DNA from: Candidatus Poriferihabitaceae bacterium
GTDB lineage: Bacteria; Pseudomonadota; Gammaproteobacteria; Arenicellales; Poriferihabitantaceae
DNA: 64,000 nt
Assembly: GCA_965261915.1 (NCBI GenBank)
Contig: CBDHDW010000013.1
Location: forward strand, 1,408,491-1,472,490
Direction of reading: 5' to 3'
The notes beneath the pieces are model-generated. The model was not told the DNA's origin, made no database searches, and worked only from the letters and a program-made list of their open reading frames with translations. This document shows positions 34,792 through 45,966 of this stretch, one piece after another. Made by a program: the position numbers and the translations under genes. How positions within the stretch are numbered: the first letter of the stretch is position 1; each line of letters opens with the position of its first letter.

Positions 34792-36870
34792 ATGAAAGAC
34801 TTAACAAAGTATAGAAATATTGGAATTTTTGCCCACGTGGACGCGGGTAAAACCACAACAACTGAACGAATTCTCAGCCTGACCGGAAAAATTCACAAAA
34901 TCGGTGAAGTACACGACGGTGAGGCGACAACCGATTTCATGGATCAGGAACGCGAGCGCGGTATTACAATCCAGTCTGCTGCAACCAGTGCATTTTGGGA
35001 TGATCACCGACTGAACATCATCGATACTCCGGGTCACGTTGACTTTACTATTGAAGTCTACCGTTCTTTGAAGGTGCTCGATGGCGGTATTGGGGTATTC
35101 TGCGGTTCTGGCGGTGTTGAACCACAGTCGGAAACAAACTGGCGTTATGCTAACGACTCAGAAGTTGCACGAGTTATTTTCGTCAACAAACTGGATCGTT
35201 TGGGTGCTGATTTTTACCGGGTAGTCGATCAGATCAAGAATGTGCTTGGCGCCAATCCATTGGTGATGACGCTGCCCATCGGCATCGAAGATGATTTTAG
35301 CGGTGTAGTAGACCTACTCACTCGCAAAGCGTGGCTATGGGACGGTTCAGGTGATCCCGAGAAATATACGATTCAGGATGTCCCTGAAGACATGGTGGAC
35401 AGTGTCGAGCAATATCGAGAAGAGCTGATCGAAACTGCACTTGAGTATGACGACGATGCTATGGAAAAATATCTTGAAGGTGAAGAGCCTGATGTGGATA
35501 CCATCAAAGCCTGTATTCGCAAGGGTACTGTTGAACTGGATTTCTTCCCCACGCTGTGTGGGTCCGCGTTCAAAAACAAAGGTATTCAGCTGGTGTTGAA
35601 TGCGGTAGTCGATTACTTGCCGAATCCAGTGGAAGTGAAGCCGCAACCGGAAACTGATCTGGAAGGTAATGAAACCGGTGAGTTGGCTTACGTCGATCCA
35701 GATAAACCAATGCGTTCATTGGCGTTCAAAATTATGGACGACCGATACGGTGCCTTGACTTTCCTGCGCGTCTATTCCGGAACGCTGAGCAAGGGCTCAA
35801 CCGTTTTGAATACAGCGACCGGTAAAACTGAACGTATCGGACGCATCGTCGAAATGCATGCGGACTCTCGTGAAGAACTGGATGAAGCCCAGGCCGGTGA
35901 TATCGTCGCTGTGCTGGGTATGAAGAACGTTAAAACCGGACATACCCTGTGTGATCCGAATAACCCTGCGACCCTGGAACCGATGGTATTTCCCGACCCG
36001 GTTATTTCCATGTCGGTTTCACCGAAAGACAAGAGCGCTTCGGAAAAAATGGGTGTCGCGTTGGGTAAAATGATTTCTGAAGACCCTTCTTTCCACGTCA
36101 GTACCGATCAGGAAAGCGGTGAAACCATTCTTCAGGGTATGGGTGAATTACACCTCGATATTAAAGTTGATCTGTTGAAACGGACGCATGGTGTTGAAGT
36201 TGAAGTTGGAAAACCTCAGGTAGCCTATCGTGAAACCATTACCCAAATGGTTAAAGACGCATACACGCACAAAAAGCAAACGGGGGGTTCCGGGCAGTTC
36301 GGTAAAATCGAATATGTTATCGAGCCTGGTGAAACAGGATCCGGCTATCAATTTGAATCCAAAGTAACAGGTGGTAACGTGCCTCGCGAATTCTGGCCGG
36401 CTGTTGATAAAGGCTTTAAAGAATGTATGGAGAAAGGGGTACTTGCCGAATACCCGTGTATTGACGTTAAAGTCACCCTCATGGACGGTGCGTTTCATGC
36501 GGTGGATTCTTCTGCTGTTGCATTCGAACTGGCGGCACGCGCTGCGTACAGACAATCGATGACTAAAGCAGGTCCGCAATTGCTTGAGCCTATTATGAAG
36601 GTCGATGTGTTTACCCCGGATGCAAATGTTGGCGATGTTATTGGCGATCTTAATCGCCGCCGCGGCATGATTAAATCCCAGGACGCAGGCCCAACAGGTG
36701 TTCGTATCAAAGGTGATGTACCGCTTTCTGATATGTTTGGTTATATCGGTGATTTGCGAACGCTGACTTCCGGTCGAGGACAGTTTTCCATGGAGTTTTC
36801 TCACTATATGCCATGCCCTCGGAATGTCGCCGATGAAGTTATCAAAGAAACGCGTGAGCGTAAGGGTTAG
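34792..36870 (+). CDS. fusA: elongation factor G paralog (ORF opens at 34732; ATG 34792 gives [22 protein letters not shown])
   Basis: Full set of GTPase motifs ([21 protein letters not shown]) and EF-G domains II-V. Not located in an str operon. Confidence 0.9.
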   Translation: MKDLTKYRNIGIFAHVDAGKTTTTERILSLTGKIHKIGEVHDGEATTDFMDQERERGITIQSAATSAFWDDHRLNIIDTPGHVDFTIEVYRSLKVLDGGIGVFCGSGGVEPQSETNWRYANDSEVARVIFVNKLDRLGADFYRVVDQIKNVLGANPLVMTLPIGIEDDFSGVVDLLTRKAWLWDGSGDPEKYTIQDVPEDMVDSVEQYREELIETALEYDDDAMEKYLEGEEPDVDTIKACIRKGTVELDFFPTLCGSAFKNKGIQLVLNAVVDYLPNPVEVKPQPETDLEGNETGELAYVDPDKPMRSLAFKIMDDRYGALTFLRVYSGTLSKGSTVLNTATGKTERIGRIVEMHADSREELDEAQAGDIVAVLGMKNVKTGHTLCDPNNPATLEPMVFPDPVISMSVSPKDKSASEKMGVALGKMISEDPSFHVSTDQESGETILQGMGELHLDIKVDLLKRTHGVEVEVGKPQVAYRETITQMVKDAYTHKKQTGGSGQFGKIEYVIEPGETGSGYQFESKVTGGNVPREFWPAVDKGFKECMEKGVLAEYPCIDVKVTLMDGAFHAVDSSAVAFELAARAAYRQSMTKAGPQLLEPIMKVDVFTPDANVGDVIGDLNRRRGMIKSQDAGPTGVRIKGDVPLSDMFGYIGDLRTLTSGRGQFSMEFSHYMPCPRNVADEVIKETRERKG

Positions 36871-36933
36871 GCTTTCATTTTTTCTGCATCTGCCGTGACC
36901 GCAGCTTGCGGTAATATACTATAACGACAGGCT

Positions 36934-37104
36934 TCAACTACTGCCCGGGTTCATGCCGCGCACAGAAACTGCTTGCATCATGGCAATGGCTTCAGCGTAT
37001 GATCCGGGGCCATGTTGAAGATCAATCAACACCGTGTCGTAGCCGCTGAGGGACACAATTTCTGCTGCGATGGGACTGAACATGCCAATCCAGCAGGCGC
37101 TCAT
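36934..37104 (-). pseudogene. N-terminal remnant (~56 codons) of an HpcH/HpaI-family aldolase
   Basis: The - strand reads MSACWIGMFSPIAAEIVSLSGYDTVLIDLQHGPGSY..., then stops. Confidence 0.35.
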
Positions 37105-37203
37105 TTTTTCACCGTGTTGCCGGCGACTTTTGATGGGTGGTTATTTATCATTGCCGAATTGCTGCGCAACCGGACAATTAAATGCAAGGGATGAGTTCAC
37201 TCC

Positions 37204-38478
37204 ATGTTTAATCTGATTAAAACCGAATGGAAATTTTTGCTGTTTGGTTTTCTAATGACATTCTGGTCATCTCCCGGACAAACATTCTTCATATCATTGT
37301 TTAGCGGAGAGATTCGTGCGGACCTTGGATTGTCGGACGGTCAGTTCGGCGGACTCTATTCCGTCGCAACCCTGCTCAGTGCCATGATGATGGTTTGGAG
37401 CGGCAGTTTGATGGACAGAGTCGATTTGCGGAAGTTTTCCATTGCAGTCGTTGTTGGGCTTGCTGCGGGTTGTATGGTTATGTCATTCAGTACGGGGGTG
37501 GTTTTACTGGTGCTGGGGATATTCCTGCTCAGGCAAATGGGTCAGGGATTGATGTGCCTTGCGAGTTCCACGGCAATGGTGCGCTACCTCGAACGTAACA
37601 AGGGAAAGAGCAGTGCGCTTGCTGGTATGGGCTATGCCGTATCCGAAGCGGTGATGCCGAGTGCGGTTGTCAGCGTGATTGTTATAGTGGGGTGGCGTCA
37701 GAGCTGGATGATAAGTGCGGTGGTGTTGGTGACGTTGGTGATTCCGCTGATTTTGATTTTGTTGCGTGATCACACCAACAGACATGAAAAGTATTTGCAG
37801 CAAATCAGTGCGACTGAATCTGCGTCGAAAGACGCAGGTTCTGATCATCTAACCATTGATCACAGTTCAATCCGGGAAAAGCCGCAGTGGACTCGCAGAC
37901 AGGTGCTGAAAGACAAGTGCTTTTATTTGTTCCTGCCGGGTTTGATGTCCCAACAGCTCATGTTTACCGGGTTTATTTTTCATCAAATCCATCTGGTTGA
38001 ATCAAAAGGCTGGTCATTGTCGGCCTGGGCTTCGTTGTTTGTAGTGTACGCCATGGTATCCATTGTGACCAAACTGGTGATCGGGGTGCTGATAGACAAG
38101 ATCGGTACGATCAAGATGGTCCCGCTGATTGGTTTGCCAATGGCAGTGGGGCTGGTCGTGCTCGCTTCAGGCTCGAGTCTGGGTGTGGCAGCGATATTTT
38201 TAATACTTACCGGTGTCACTGTGGGTTTCCAGAGCACCGTTGCCGCACCGTTTTGGGCGGAGATGTATGGTACTCGTCACCTTGCATCGATCAAATCGCT
38301 GGGTTCTGCGATAATGGTGGTGTTCACTGCGCTATCGCCAGTGATATTGGGTTATCTGATTGATCTTGGTGTCACCATGAACACGCTGGCAGCGGGCAGC
38401 GCCGTTTATATCTTTGTTACTTCGTCTCTCGCATACTATGCCTGGCGGTTGCTGCGGACACGACTAAGTGTTAATTGA
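37204..38478 (+). CDS. MFS transporter
   Basis: 424 aa, 12 predicted TM segments. Confidence 0.8.
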   Translation: MFNLIKTEWKFLLFGFLMTFWSSPGQTFFISLFSGEIRADLGLSDGQFGGLYSVATLLSAMMMVWSGSLMDRVDLRKFSIAVVVGLAAGCMVMSFSTGVVLLVLGIFLLRQMGQGLMCLASSTAMVRYLERNKGKSSALAGMGYAVSEAVMPSAVVSVIVIVGWRQSWMISAVVLVTLVIPLILILLRDHTNRHEKYLQQISATESASKDAGSDHLTIDHSSIREKPQWTRRQVLKDKCFYLFLPGLMSQQLMFTGFIFHQIHLVESKGWSLSAWASLFVVYAMVSIVTKLVIGVLIDKIGTIKMVPLIGLPMAVGLVVLASGSSLGVAAIFLILTGVTVGFQSTVAAPFWAEMYGTRHLASIKSLGSAIMVVFTALSPVILGYLIDLGVTMNTLAAGSAVYIFVTSSLAYYAWRLLRTRLSVN

Positions 38479-38690
38479 GTGATGCGGCGACCTTCCCTGA
38501 TATCGTATATACAGAGCGTTCAGGGGAGGACTATTTGAATACGTTGAATCGGGTATTTGAGTATTGCGGGCAGGACGGACGTGCCGACAGTTTTATCAAC
38601 ATAAAATGGCATTCAGGGATTCGCTTTCCTGTAAATTATGATTACAATCGGCAACAACTTCAGACCAAGCATCGAGAGGCAGCAAAATGA
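38475..38690 (+). CDS. hypothetical small protein, translationally coupled on both sides
   Basis: 71-aa ORF overlapping the MFS stop and the next gene's start by 4 nt each. Confidence 0.4.
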   Translation: MSDAATFPDIVYTERSGEDYLNTLNRVFEYCGQDGRADSFINIKWHSGIRFPVNYDYNRQQLQTKHREAAK

Positions 38691-39460
38691 GCAATGTCGC
38701 AACTCCCATCAGGAAGGCGAAAATGAGCGATGAAGAATGGCAGGCTCGCCAGGATTTAGCCTGCTGTTATCGAGCCTTCGCCCACTATGGCTGGACCGAT
38801 CTGATTTATACACACCTCAGTGTTCGGGTGCCTGGTGAGGTGGGTCAGTACATGATCAATCCCTATGGATTGCTGTTTCATGAAATCACAGCGAGTAATC
38901 TGATCAAGGTTGATTTCGATGGCAACGTTGGCGCAGGTGACTACCCGTACAACGATGCTGGCCATTCTATTCACACCGCGATTCTTAAGGCGAGGCCGGA
39001 TATAAACGTTGTTTTGCACAGCCACACACGCGCCGGAATGGCGGTGTCGTGTATGGCGTGCGGGCTTTTACCGCTTACTCAGCAGGCAAACGAAGTGAAT
39101 GCCGTTCTCTGTTCCCATGAATACGGTTTGGCAACCAATAACGAAGCTGAATGTGAAGCTTTGGGCCGCAGTTTTGGTGATTCGAGTTATTTGATGCTAA
39201 TGCAAAACCATGGTCTGTTGGGTGCCGGCCGAAATGTAGGAGAAGCTTTTTATTTGCTTTACGAATTGGAGAATGCGTGCAAGGTGCAGGTGGATGTACT
39301 TGCATCCGGCCAAAAATACATCGTGCCCAATAGTGAAGTTGTCAGGGAGATGAAGCGCTATGGAACGCCGCCAAAGGCGGCACCTGCCCGCCATACCGCG
39401 ATGGCCTGGGATGCTGTGGTTCGATTGATGGATTTAAAAGATCCTTCTTATCGGGAGTAA
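38687..39460 (+). CDS. class II aldolase/adducin-domain protein
   Basis: 257 aa. GWTDLIYTHLSVRVPG, ...INVVLHSHT..., ...MQNHGLLGAG. Confidence 0.8.
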   Translation: MSNVATPIRKAKMSDEEWQARQDLACCYRAFAHYGWTDLIYTHLSVRVPGEVGQYMINPYGLLFHEITASNLIKVDFDGNVGAGDYPYNDAGHSIHTAILKARPDINVVLHSHTRAGMAVSCMACGLLPLTQQANEVNAVLCSHEYGLATNNEAECEALGRSFGDSSYLMLMQNHGLLGAGRNVGEAFYLLYELENACKVQVDVLASGQKYIVPNSEVVREMKRYGTPPKAAPARHTAMAWDAVVRLMDLKDPSYRE

Positions 39461-39468
39461 TCCAATGC

Positions 39469-40326
39469 TTGCTGTCGTCAGTTAGCATAGAGGATGAATT
39501 TGAGCGAAATGACTTCGTTGCGATAGCGATGGCAGAATCTTTTGCTAATATACATTTTAGTTTTCCTGAAACTCGCGTACTGGTTACTGGCGGTACATCG
39601 GGAATAGGAGAATCGGTGGCAAAGGCGTATTCAACAGCGGCTGCGCAGGTGGTGTTTACTGGCAGAGATGCGGTTAGGGGGGCGCGTGTTTTGCGGGAAG
39701 TAGACAGCTTATCCGGGAACCGCGGTAAGCACGATTTTATAGCCGGCGATATTACTGATTCTGATTTTTGTGATGATCTCGTTAATCAGGCATCCGATAC
39801 CCTTGGCGGTCTGGATATTGTGGTGAATTGTGCGGGGGTGATTCACCACGCAGAAGCAGGCGATACTACGGATGAACAGTGGCACCACACTATGAATGTG
39901 AATCTGCACGGGACATTTTATGTTTGCCGAGCGGCACTGAAACTGATGAAACGGTTAAAAGAAGGGGTCATTGTGAATATTGCCTCGGATGCGGGATTAT
40001 CTGCGAGCAGTCATCTGGCCGCGTACAGTGCGAGTAAAGGTGCGGTGGTTCAATTATCAAGGGCGATGGCGAAAGACTATGGAAAGCATGGGATTCGTGT
40101 TATTCCGCTCTGTCCGGGCGATGTCGATACGCCGATGCTCCGCGGAGAATTTGATCAGTTAGGGGTTTGCGCTGAAGAGGGGCTGGATGATTCCGCGCAA
40201 AGCGTACCGCTGAACCGTGTCTGTACCCCTCAGGAAGTAGCGCAGTTAGTGCTTTATGCTTCCAGCGATGCTGCCGCATTTATGAGTGGTTATCCATTGG
40301 TGCTCGATGCGGCAAATCGGGCCTGA
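39469..40326 (+). CDS. SDR-family oxidoreductase (TTG start shown; ATG 39529 possible)
   Basis: VTGGTSGIG, NCAG, S...YSASK. Confidence 0.85.
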   Translation: MLSSVSIEDEFERNDFVAIAMAESFANIHFSFPETRVLVTGGTSGIGESVAKAYSTAAAQVVFTGRDAVRGARVLREVDSLSGNRGKHDFIAGDITDSDFCDDLVNQASDTLGGLDIVVNCAGVIHHAEAGDTTDEQWHHTMNVNLHGTFYVCRAALKLMKRLKEGVIVNIASDAGLSASSHLAAYSASKGAVVQLSRAMAKDYGKHGIRVIPLCPGDVDTPMLRGEFDQLGVCAEEGLDDSAQSVPLNRVCTPQEVAQLVLYASSDAAAFMSGYPLVLDAANRA

Positions 40327-40349
40327 ATTCAATTCCAGTATTTGCAAAA

Positions 40350-40757
40350 ATGATGACAGAAACTCGGTACACGATTGAACAATCGTACACAGATGAGCTC
40401 GGACACCTGAACCATGTCTGGGCGATCAAACTCCTCGAGCTGGCTCGAGATGAATGGTATCGCGATGCCGGTTTATGGGAAGGACGGCCATGGAGTGACG
40501 ATGAAACTTTGGGCACAATTGTTGTCAATATAAACGTGAACTATCGGTTGGAGTGCTTTCTCGATGAAGCTATCGTTGTCAGGACCTTTCCATTAAACAA
40601 AGGAAGCAAGAGCTACTCCATTGGGCAGGAACTCATTAAGGCGAATGGCGATATCGCCATAGATGGAGAATCAACCAATGTGATTATGGATAGGGTGTCC
40701 CATGAACTGGTCCTGGTGCCAGAATCCATCGGTCAGTATTTGCAGCCCAAGACCTAG
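40350..40757 (+). CDS. hotdog-fold acyl-CoA thioesterase (4HBT/YbgC-like)
   Basis: 135 aa. YTDELGHLNHVWAIKLLELARDEW. Confidence 0.7.
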   Translation: MMTETRYTIEQSYTDELGHLNHVWAIKLLELARDEWYRDAGLWEGRPWSDDETLGTIVVNINVNYRLECFLDEAIVVRTFPLNKGSKSYSIGQELIKANGDIAIDGESTNVIMDRVSHELVLVPESIGQYLQPKT

Positions 40758-40986
40758 CCTCCGTGCGCGATTCTCCCGCCGCCATATGCCCCGCACAACC
40801 TGGAAGCAGACAGAACCTATTGTGATGGTCTCTGGTTAATTTCGGTCGGCATTGAAGTTGCACTGGAGGATCGAAATTAAATATCGAGGTGTTTGTTTTG
40901 TTACCTAATGATTCGCAGAATCCCCTATAATCGGGCGTTTTAGCGCATCACAAAGAGCTGGCGGTTAGCCGCAGTATCCATTTCCC

Positions 40987-42525
40987 ATGACGTCTTCAAA
41001 TCAAACGCAAAATATTAAAATCGTAGACGTAACCTTACGAGATGGCGAACAGACTCAAGGCGTATCTTTCGCGCAGTCTGAAAAAGTCACGATTGCTAAA
41101 GCGTTGCTTCATACGCTGAAGGTGGATCGAATAGAAGTCGCGTCTGCGGGAATTTCCGAAGGCGAACGTGAAGCAGTGCGTCGGATCAATGAATCGGCCG
41201 CTGAACAAGGTTATCTCGATCGCGTAGAAGTGCTTGGTTTTACTGACCACAAGCGCAGCGTTGACTGGATTGATTCGGTTGGTGGAAAAGTGATCAATCT
41301 GCTGACCAAAGGAAGCGAAAAACATTGCTGTGAGCAATTACGCATGTCGCCGGATCAGCATCTTGAAGGCATCCGTAAAACGGTTGAATATGCCGATCAA
41401 AAGGCTATGCTGGTGAATGTATATCTTGAAGACTGGTCAAACGGATATGTAGACAGTCGTGAATACGTCTATGCCATGATGGATAAGCTTGCGCAGCTCC
41501 CAATCGCGCACTTTATGCTGCCGGATACTTTGGGAGTGATGTCTCCTGCTGAGGTGTCAGCTAATTTAGCTGACATGATCGCGCGCTATCCTGATTGCCG
41601 GTTCGACTTTCATCCGCATAATGACTACGGCCTGGGTACCGCAAACTGTATGGCAGCAGCACAGGCTGGCGTGACTTCTGTGCACTGTACAGTGAATTGT
41701 CTCGGCGAACGCGCGGGTAACGCATCGCTTGCAGAGGTGTGTCTCGCGCTGAAAGATAAGCTGGGGCTGAATCTGTCGGTGGATGAAAGTAAAATTTATC
41801 ATTTAAGCCAGATGATCGAAATTTTTTCCGGAAAAGCGGTTGCCGATAATGCCCCGGTGGTTGGGGCAGATGTGTTTACACAAACCGCAGGAATACACGC
41901 CGATGGCGATCAAAAAGCGGGGCTGTATCAGACGCAATTAAGCCCGGATCGGTTTAATCGGTCTCATACTTATGCGTTGGGGAAGATGAGCGGCAAAGCG
42001 TCTCTGCAAAAGAATCTGGAGACGCTGGGGATTAGTTTGTCCCAGGAAGATCAAACCAAAGTGCTGGAAAAAGTGGTTTCCCTTGGAGATTCAAAAGCGG
42101 TGATTACGTCAGAGGATCTGCCTTTAATCATTGCAGATGTGCTGGAGTCTCGCGGTGACCGACATCTCGAATTACTGAATTGTTCTATCACCAGTGTTTA
42201 CGGTTTGAATTCTCATGTCAGTATCAGCGTAAAATTGTATGACGAAGTAATTAAGGCAACGGGAGTGGGTAACGGTGGTTTTGATGCTTTTATCGAAGCG
42301 ATTAACGAGGTGCTTGAACGGCATCATATCGAAGTCCCTGAGCTGCTGGATTATCAGGTTCGAATACCGAAAGGCGGTACTACCAGCGCGCTGGTAGAAT
42401 GTTTTATTACCTGGATGGACGATGGCAGGAAAGTCAGAACCAGAGGAGTTGATGCAAACCAGGTGTTTGCTGGAATTCAGGCGACGCTGCGAATGCTGAA
42501 TATGAAGCTGGGTTCTTCTGCCTGA
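40987..42525 (+). CDS. 2-isopropylmalate/citramalate synthase-family enzyme (LeuA/CimA-like)
   Basis: 512 aa. DVTLRDGEQ, HPHNDYGLGTAN, and a C-terminal LeuA-dimer-like domain. Confidence 0.8.
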   Translation: MTSSNQTQNIKIVDVTLRDGEQTQGVSFAQSEKVTIAKALLHTLKVDRIEVASAGISEGEREAVRRINESAAEQGYLDRVEVLGFTDHKRSVDWIDSVGGKVINLLTKGSEKHCCEQLRMSPDQHLEGIRKTVEYADQKAMLVNVYLEDWSNGYVDSREYVYAMMDKLAQLPIAHFMLPDTLGVMSPAEVSANLADMIARYPDCRFDFHPHNDYGLGTANCMAAAQAGVTSVHCTVNCLGERAGNASLAEVCLALKDKLGLNLSVDESKIYHLSQMIEIFSGKAVADNAPVVGADVFTQTAGIHADGDQKAGLYQTQLSPDRFNRSHTYALGKMSGKASLQKNLETLGISLSQEDQTKVLEKVVSLGDSKAVITSEDLPLIIADVLESRGDRHLELLNCSITSVYGLNSHVSISVKLYDEVIKATGVGNGGFDAFIEAINEVLERHHIEVPELLDYQVRIPKGGTTSALVECFITWMDDGRKVRTRGVDANQVFAGIQATLRMLNMKLGSSA

Positions 42526-42544
42526 GTTTTTATTCCTGGTCGAT

Positions 42545-44797
42545 ATGTCTCACTCAACCTACCTTCCCGAAAAAATGGGCTCTGCTACGGTTGAGCCTGC
42601 AGGGAGTTTTGAAGCCGGCTCATACCAGCAATTTACGGTAACGTATACCGCAGGTTATTTTGGCATTGACGATACCGGTTCGCTAAAAGTTGTGCATCGT
42701 TTCGCATCAGATATGGGCAGACCCCAATTCGATAATCCTGCGGCGCCGAACTACACCACAGTGGAAGCCAGCAATGGCGCGGTGTTGCATGTTGAATATG
42801 ACATGAAGCGTAATATTCGTCCGTGGGACAAAACCTTATACATTAAGGTGGTAAGAGGTTTTTTGCGGGAATCAGATCAAATCATTATTCGTTTTGGGGA
42901 TCGTCGTCAGGGTTCACCGGGTATTCGCTTGCAAACTTTTTGTGAGGACACGTTCGAGTTTCGGGTACTGGTCGATGCCATTGCCACCTATAACTACGTG
43001 GAACTGCCGCAGCAACCCGTGATAAAAATCATTCCTGGGCCGGTAAATCGATATAAGGCAATAATGCCCACTGCTGTAGTCGCAGGCGAGCCGTTTCGAG
43101 TCAGAATTAAAGGCGAAGATGGATGGGGAAACCCCACCGATCAGCACGATGGATTGCTCCATCTCAGTTCCAGTTTTCCGCTGGAGAATCTCCCGCAATC
43201 GATTCAATTAAAGCCGGGAGTGTTTGACTTTACGGTTGATGGGGTTGTGGCGACGCAGCAGGGTGATCTTGTTATCGAAATTGAAGACAAGGATATTCAG
43301 TTGTCGGCGAAGTCAAATCCGCTAAGAGTGAGTGAGAGTTTGGCTCTCAGGCCTTTTTGGGGAGATTTGCACGGCCAATCCGAAGAAACCATCGGAACCA
43401 ATTCTGCACGGGATTTTTATGCGTTCGCTCGGGACAAGGCGTTTCTGGATGTTTGCGTGCATCAGGGAAATGATTTTCAAATTACCAATGCATTTTGGCA
43501 ATGGTTAAATGCGTTGTCTGCGGAATTTAATGTGGATGGTGAATTTGTGGTTTTCCCCGGCTGGGAGTGGTCAGGAAATACGGGGCTGGGCGGCGACAGA
43601 AATGTGTTAATGATGAAAGAGGGGAGGCAGATTCATCGATCCTCTCACGCGCTGGTTGATGACCTGTCGGATATTGATACCGATGCCAATTCCGCTGAAG
43701 ATTTGTTTGCGATGCTCAAAGACGAAGACTGTGTGGTATTCGCCCACATCGGCGGGCGCTATGCCGATATCAAAGTTGCCCACGATAAACGTCTGGAGCG
43801 CGCCGTGGAAGTGCATTCTGCATGGGGTACATTTGAATGGTTGATCCATGATGCGTTCGAACAGGGTTATCGTGTTGGCATCATGTCGAATTCAGACGGC
43901 CATAAAGGCAGACCGGGTGCTTCACATCCCGGCGCAACCAAGTTTGGCTCCTATGGCGGCTTGACCTGTATGTTGGCGAAATCATTAAATCGCACCGATA
44001 TAATGGATAGTTTGCGCCGCCGACATCATTACGCTACCACGGGGTGTCGATCTATCTTGCATACACAGGTTGATTTTACAGAGTCCGCTCAGCTTTTTGG
44101 TGAAGATCCGAATCTGGGGGATTGTCAGTTTGTTGCATCGGATTCGGCAATGATGGGTGATATCGTCGGCACACGGCAGGCAGCAGCGCAGTTCTCAGTG
44201 AGTGTTAGTTGTTCAGCGCCGATAGAAAGGATTGATATTCGAAATGGGCTGGATACGCTCGAAGTTTTTCGCCCCTTTGACGAAAGCGATCTGGGCTGTC
44301 GAATTCGAGTAGTTTGGGAAGGGTCAGAATATCGGGGCCGGGGTCGCGAGACAATTTGGGATGGACAGGCGACACTGCAAGGCAATCAGTTTATCCGTGT
44401 TTCACCAATCAATCGATATAATCTGGATAAGAAATTTGACGTGGTTGATGAATCCAATCTTCACTGGACGGCGTTGACCACGGGTGGGTTTGGCGGATTC
44501 GATGCGTGGCTGGATTCAAAAGATACGGGTGTTCTGAAAATTCGGAGTGCACTAATCAATGAAGATATCGCAATTGCTGAGATTGGTTTGGATGACCTGA
44601 TTTTTGAGAATGGCGGTATTGAAAGACGGATTCGGATATTTAGACTGCCGGATGAAAATGCGCACACCCGTTGTGATCTGACTCGTGAAATCGAACTCAA
44701 TCGAAATGCGGACAACCCGTTATACGTGCGTGTGACTCAGGAGGATGGTCATTACCTTTGGTCGAGTCCGATCTATTTGATTGATCCGGTAGAATAG
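42545..44797 (+). CDS. large uncharacterised protein, PHP/DUF3604-like C-terminal half
   Basis: 750 aa. FWGDLHGQSEET, HSAWGTFEW, SNSDGHKGRPG, RRRHHYATTG resemble a PHP-type metal site. The family name is from memory only. Confidence 0.55.
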   Translation: MSHSTYLPEKMGSATVEPAGSFEAGSYQQFTVTYTAGYFGIDDTGSLKVVHRFASDMGRPQFDNPAAPNYTTVEASNGAVLHVEYDMKRNIRPWDKTLYIKVVRGFLRESDQIIIRFGDRRQGSPGIRLQTFCEDTFEFRVLVDAIATYNYVELPQQPVIKIIPGPVNRYKAIMPTAVVAGEPFRVRIKGEDGWGNPTDQHDGLLHLSSSFPLENLPQSIQLKPGVFDFTVDGVVATQQGDLVIEIEDKDIQLSAKSNPLRVSESLALRPFWGDLHGQSEETIGTNSARDFYAFARDKAFLDVCVHQGNDFQITNAFWQWLNALSAEFNVDGEFVVFPGWEWSGNTGLGGDRNVLMMKEGRQIHRSSHALVDDLSDIDTDANSAEDLFAMLKDEDCVVFAHIGGRYADIKVAHDKRLERAVEVHSAWGTFEWLIHDAFEQGYRVGIMSNSDGHKGRPGASHPGATKFGSYGGLTCMLAKSLNRTDIMDSLRRRHHYATTGCRSILHTQVDFTESAQLFGEDPNLGDCQFVASDSAMMGDIVGTRQAAAQFSVSVSCSAPIERIDIRNGLDTLEVFRPFDESDLGCRIRVVWEGSEYRGRGRETIWDGQATLQGNQFIRVSPINRYNLDKKFDVVDESNLHWTALTTGGFGGFDAWLDSKDTGVLKIRSALINEDIAIAEIGLDDLIFENGGIERRIRIFRLPDENAHTRCDLTREIELNRNADNPLYVRVTQEDGHYLWSSPIYLIDPVE

Positions 44798-44807
44798 CGA
44801 CACTGCG

Positions 44808-44990
44808 ATGAATGAGATTGAGCAATGGTTAGAAAAAATCAAACATCTCGCATACGAAAGCAAAGCTTTTACCTGCGGTCTTTGTGGTCTGCTGCTGCTC
44901 ATTGGTATTTTCCTTGCCAAAATTTCTGGTTTGGGTGGTAGCGGTTTTCGATCGCATGATGCTGCTTTCGGTACGCACATTTCAATATGA
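44808..44990 (+). CDS. hypothetical small membrane protein
   Basis: 60-aa ORF with one hydrophobic helix. Its end overlaps the EamA gene start by 4 nt. Confidence 0.35.
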   Translation: MNEIEQWLEKIKHLAYESKAFTCGLCGLLLLIGIFLAKISGLGGSGFRSHDAAFGTHISI

Positions 44991-45889
44991 CTACTATTTT
45001 GGCAGGGAATATTAAGGTTCGCGCCTACTTATGTTTGGTGGCAACGACATTTTGTTGGGGATGTAATTCGATCTTCGCGCGTCTTATCGTCGGTGAAGTT
45101 TCACCACTGCTTGTGGTCTCACTGCGATGGGGCGGAACCGTCATTCTGATGTCAGTATTTGCCCGAAATACGATTTCGCAAGATTGGCCGGTATTAAAGC
45201 GGAACTTACCGCTATTGTTTCTAATGGGTGGGTTGGGGTTGACTGCTTTTAACGCACTGTTTTATGTCGCTGCCCACACTACTACGGCGCTGAATATCGG
45301 AATTATTCAGGGCGCAATACCCGTTTGCGTATTGATTGGAAGTTATATCGTTTACAAAACACAAATCAATACGCTGCAGATTGTTGGTGTCATTGTCACT
45401 ATTGCAGGGGTGTGTATTGTTGCGTCAGCAGGTGATTTACAACAGTTAGCATCACTATCAATACGCGAAGGAGACTATTTCATGATTATCGCCAGTGTAT
45501 TGTACTCAGCGTATGCACTAACCCTGCGCCGATTTAAGGGAACATCACCGTTGAGTCTATTCGCAGTCATTGCTGCAGCGGCTTTTATTGCTTCGATTCC
45601 GCTTAGTCTGTGGGAATCCGCGCACGGAGATTTGCACTGGCCGACCTCCCTGGGGTGGATCATTGTGCTATTGATTACGTTGCTCCCGTCATTTTTAGCG
45701 CAAATATTTTTTATTCAGGGTGTTACCGATTTAGGTGCAGATCGTGCGGGTATATTTGTCAATCTGGTTCCGGTTTTCGCAGCTATTTTGGCTGTTAGTA
45801 TCCTGCATGAACCCTTTCAGTGGTATCACGGCGTCGCGCTTTGCCTGGTACTTAGCGGTATCTGGCTGAGTGAAAGAATGAAAAATTGA
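44987..45889 (+). CDS. EamA/DMT-family transporter
   Basis: 300 aa, 10 TM, two EamA repeats. Confidence 0.85.
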   Translation: MTTILAGNIKVRAYLCLVATTFCWGCNSIFARLIVGEVSPLLVVSLRWGGTVILMSVFARNTISQDWPVLKRNLPLLFLMGGLGLTAFNALFYVAAHTTTALNIGIIQGAIPVCVLIGSYIVYKTQINTLQIVGVIVTIAGVCIVASAGDLQQLASLSIREGDYFMIIASVLYSAYALTLRRFKGTSPLSLFAVIAAAAFIASIPLSLWESAHGDLHWPTSLGWIIVLLITLLPSFLAQIFFIQGVTDLGADRAGIFVNLVPVFAAILAVSILHEPFQWYHGVALCLVLSGIWLSERMKN

Positions 45890-45966
45890 ACGGTCGTTTT
45901 TTCCAATTCCACCCATTCGTCAATCCCGAAAAACAGTCAATGATTCCTTAATTATGTAGTTTGCAG

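Noticed and set aside
36148-36804. 218-aa ORF antisense to the EF-G gene. Also 62189-62725 (178 aa) antisense to obg, and 18292-19386 ORFs overlapping the IS66 transposase
   Set aside because: The opposite or overlapping frames encode unmistakable conserved proteins. These ORFs have low-complexity, Arg/Cys-rich shadow-frame composition.
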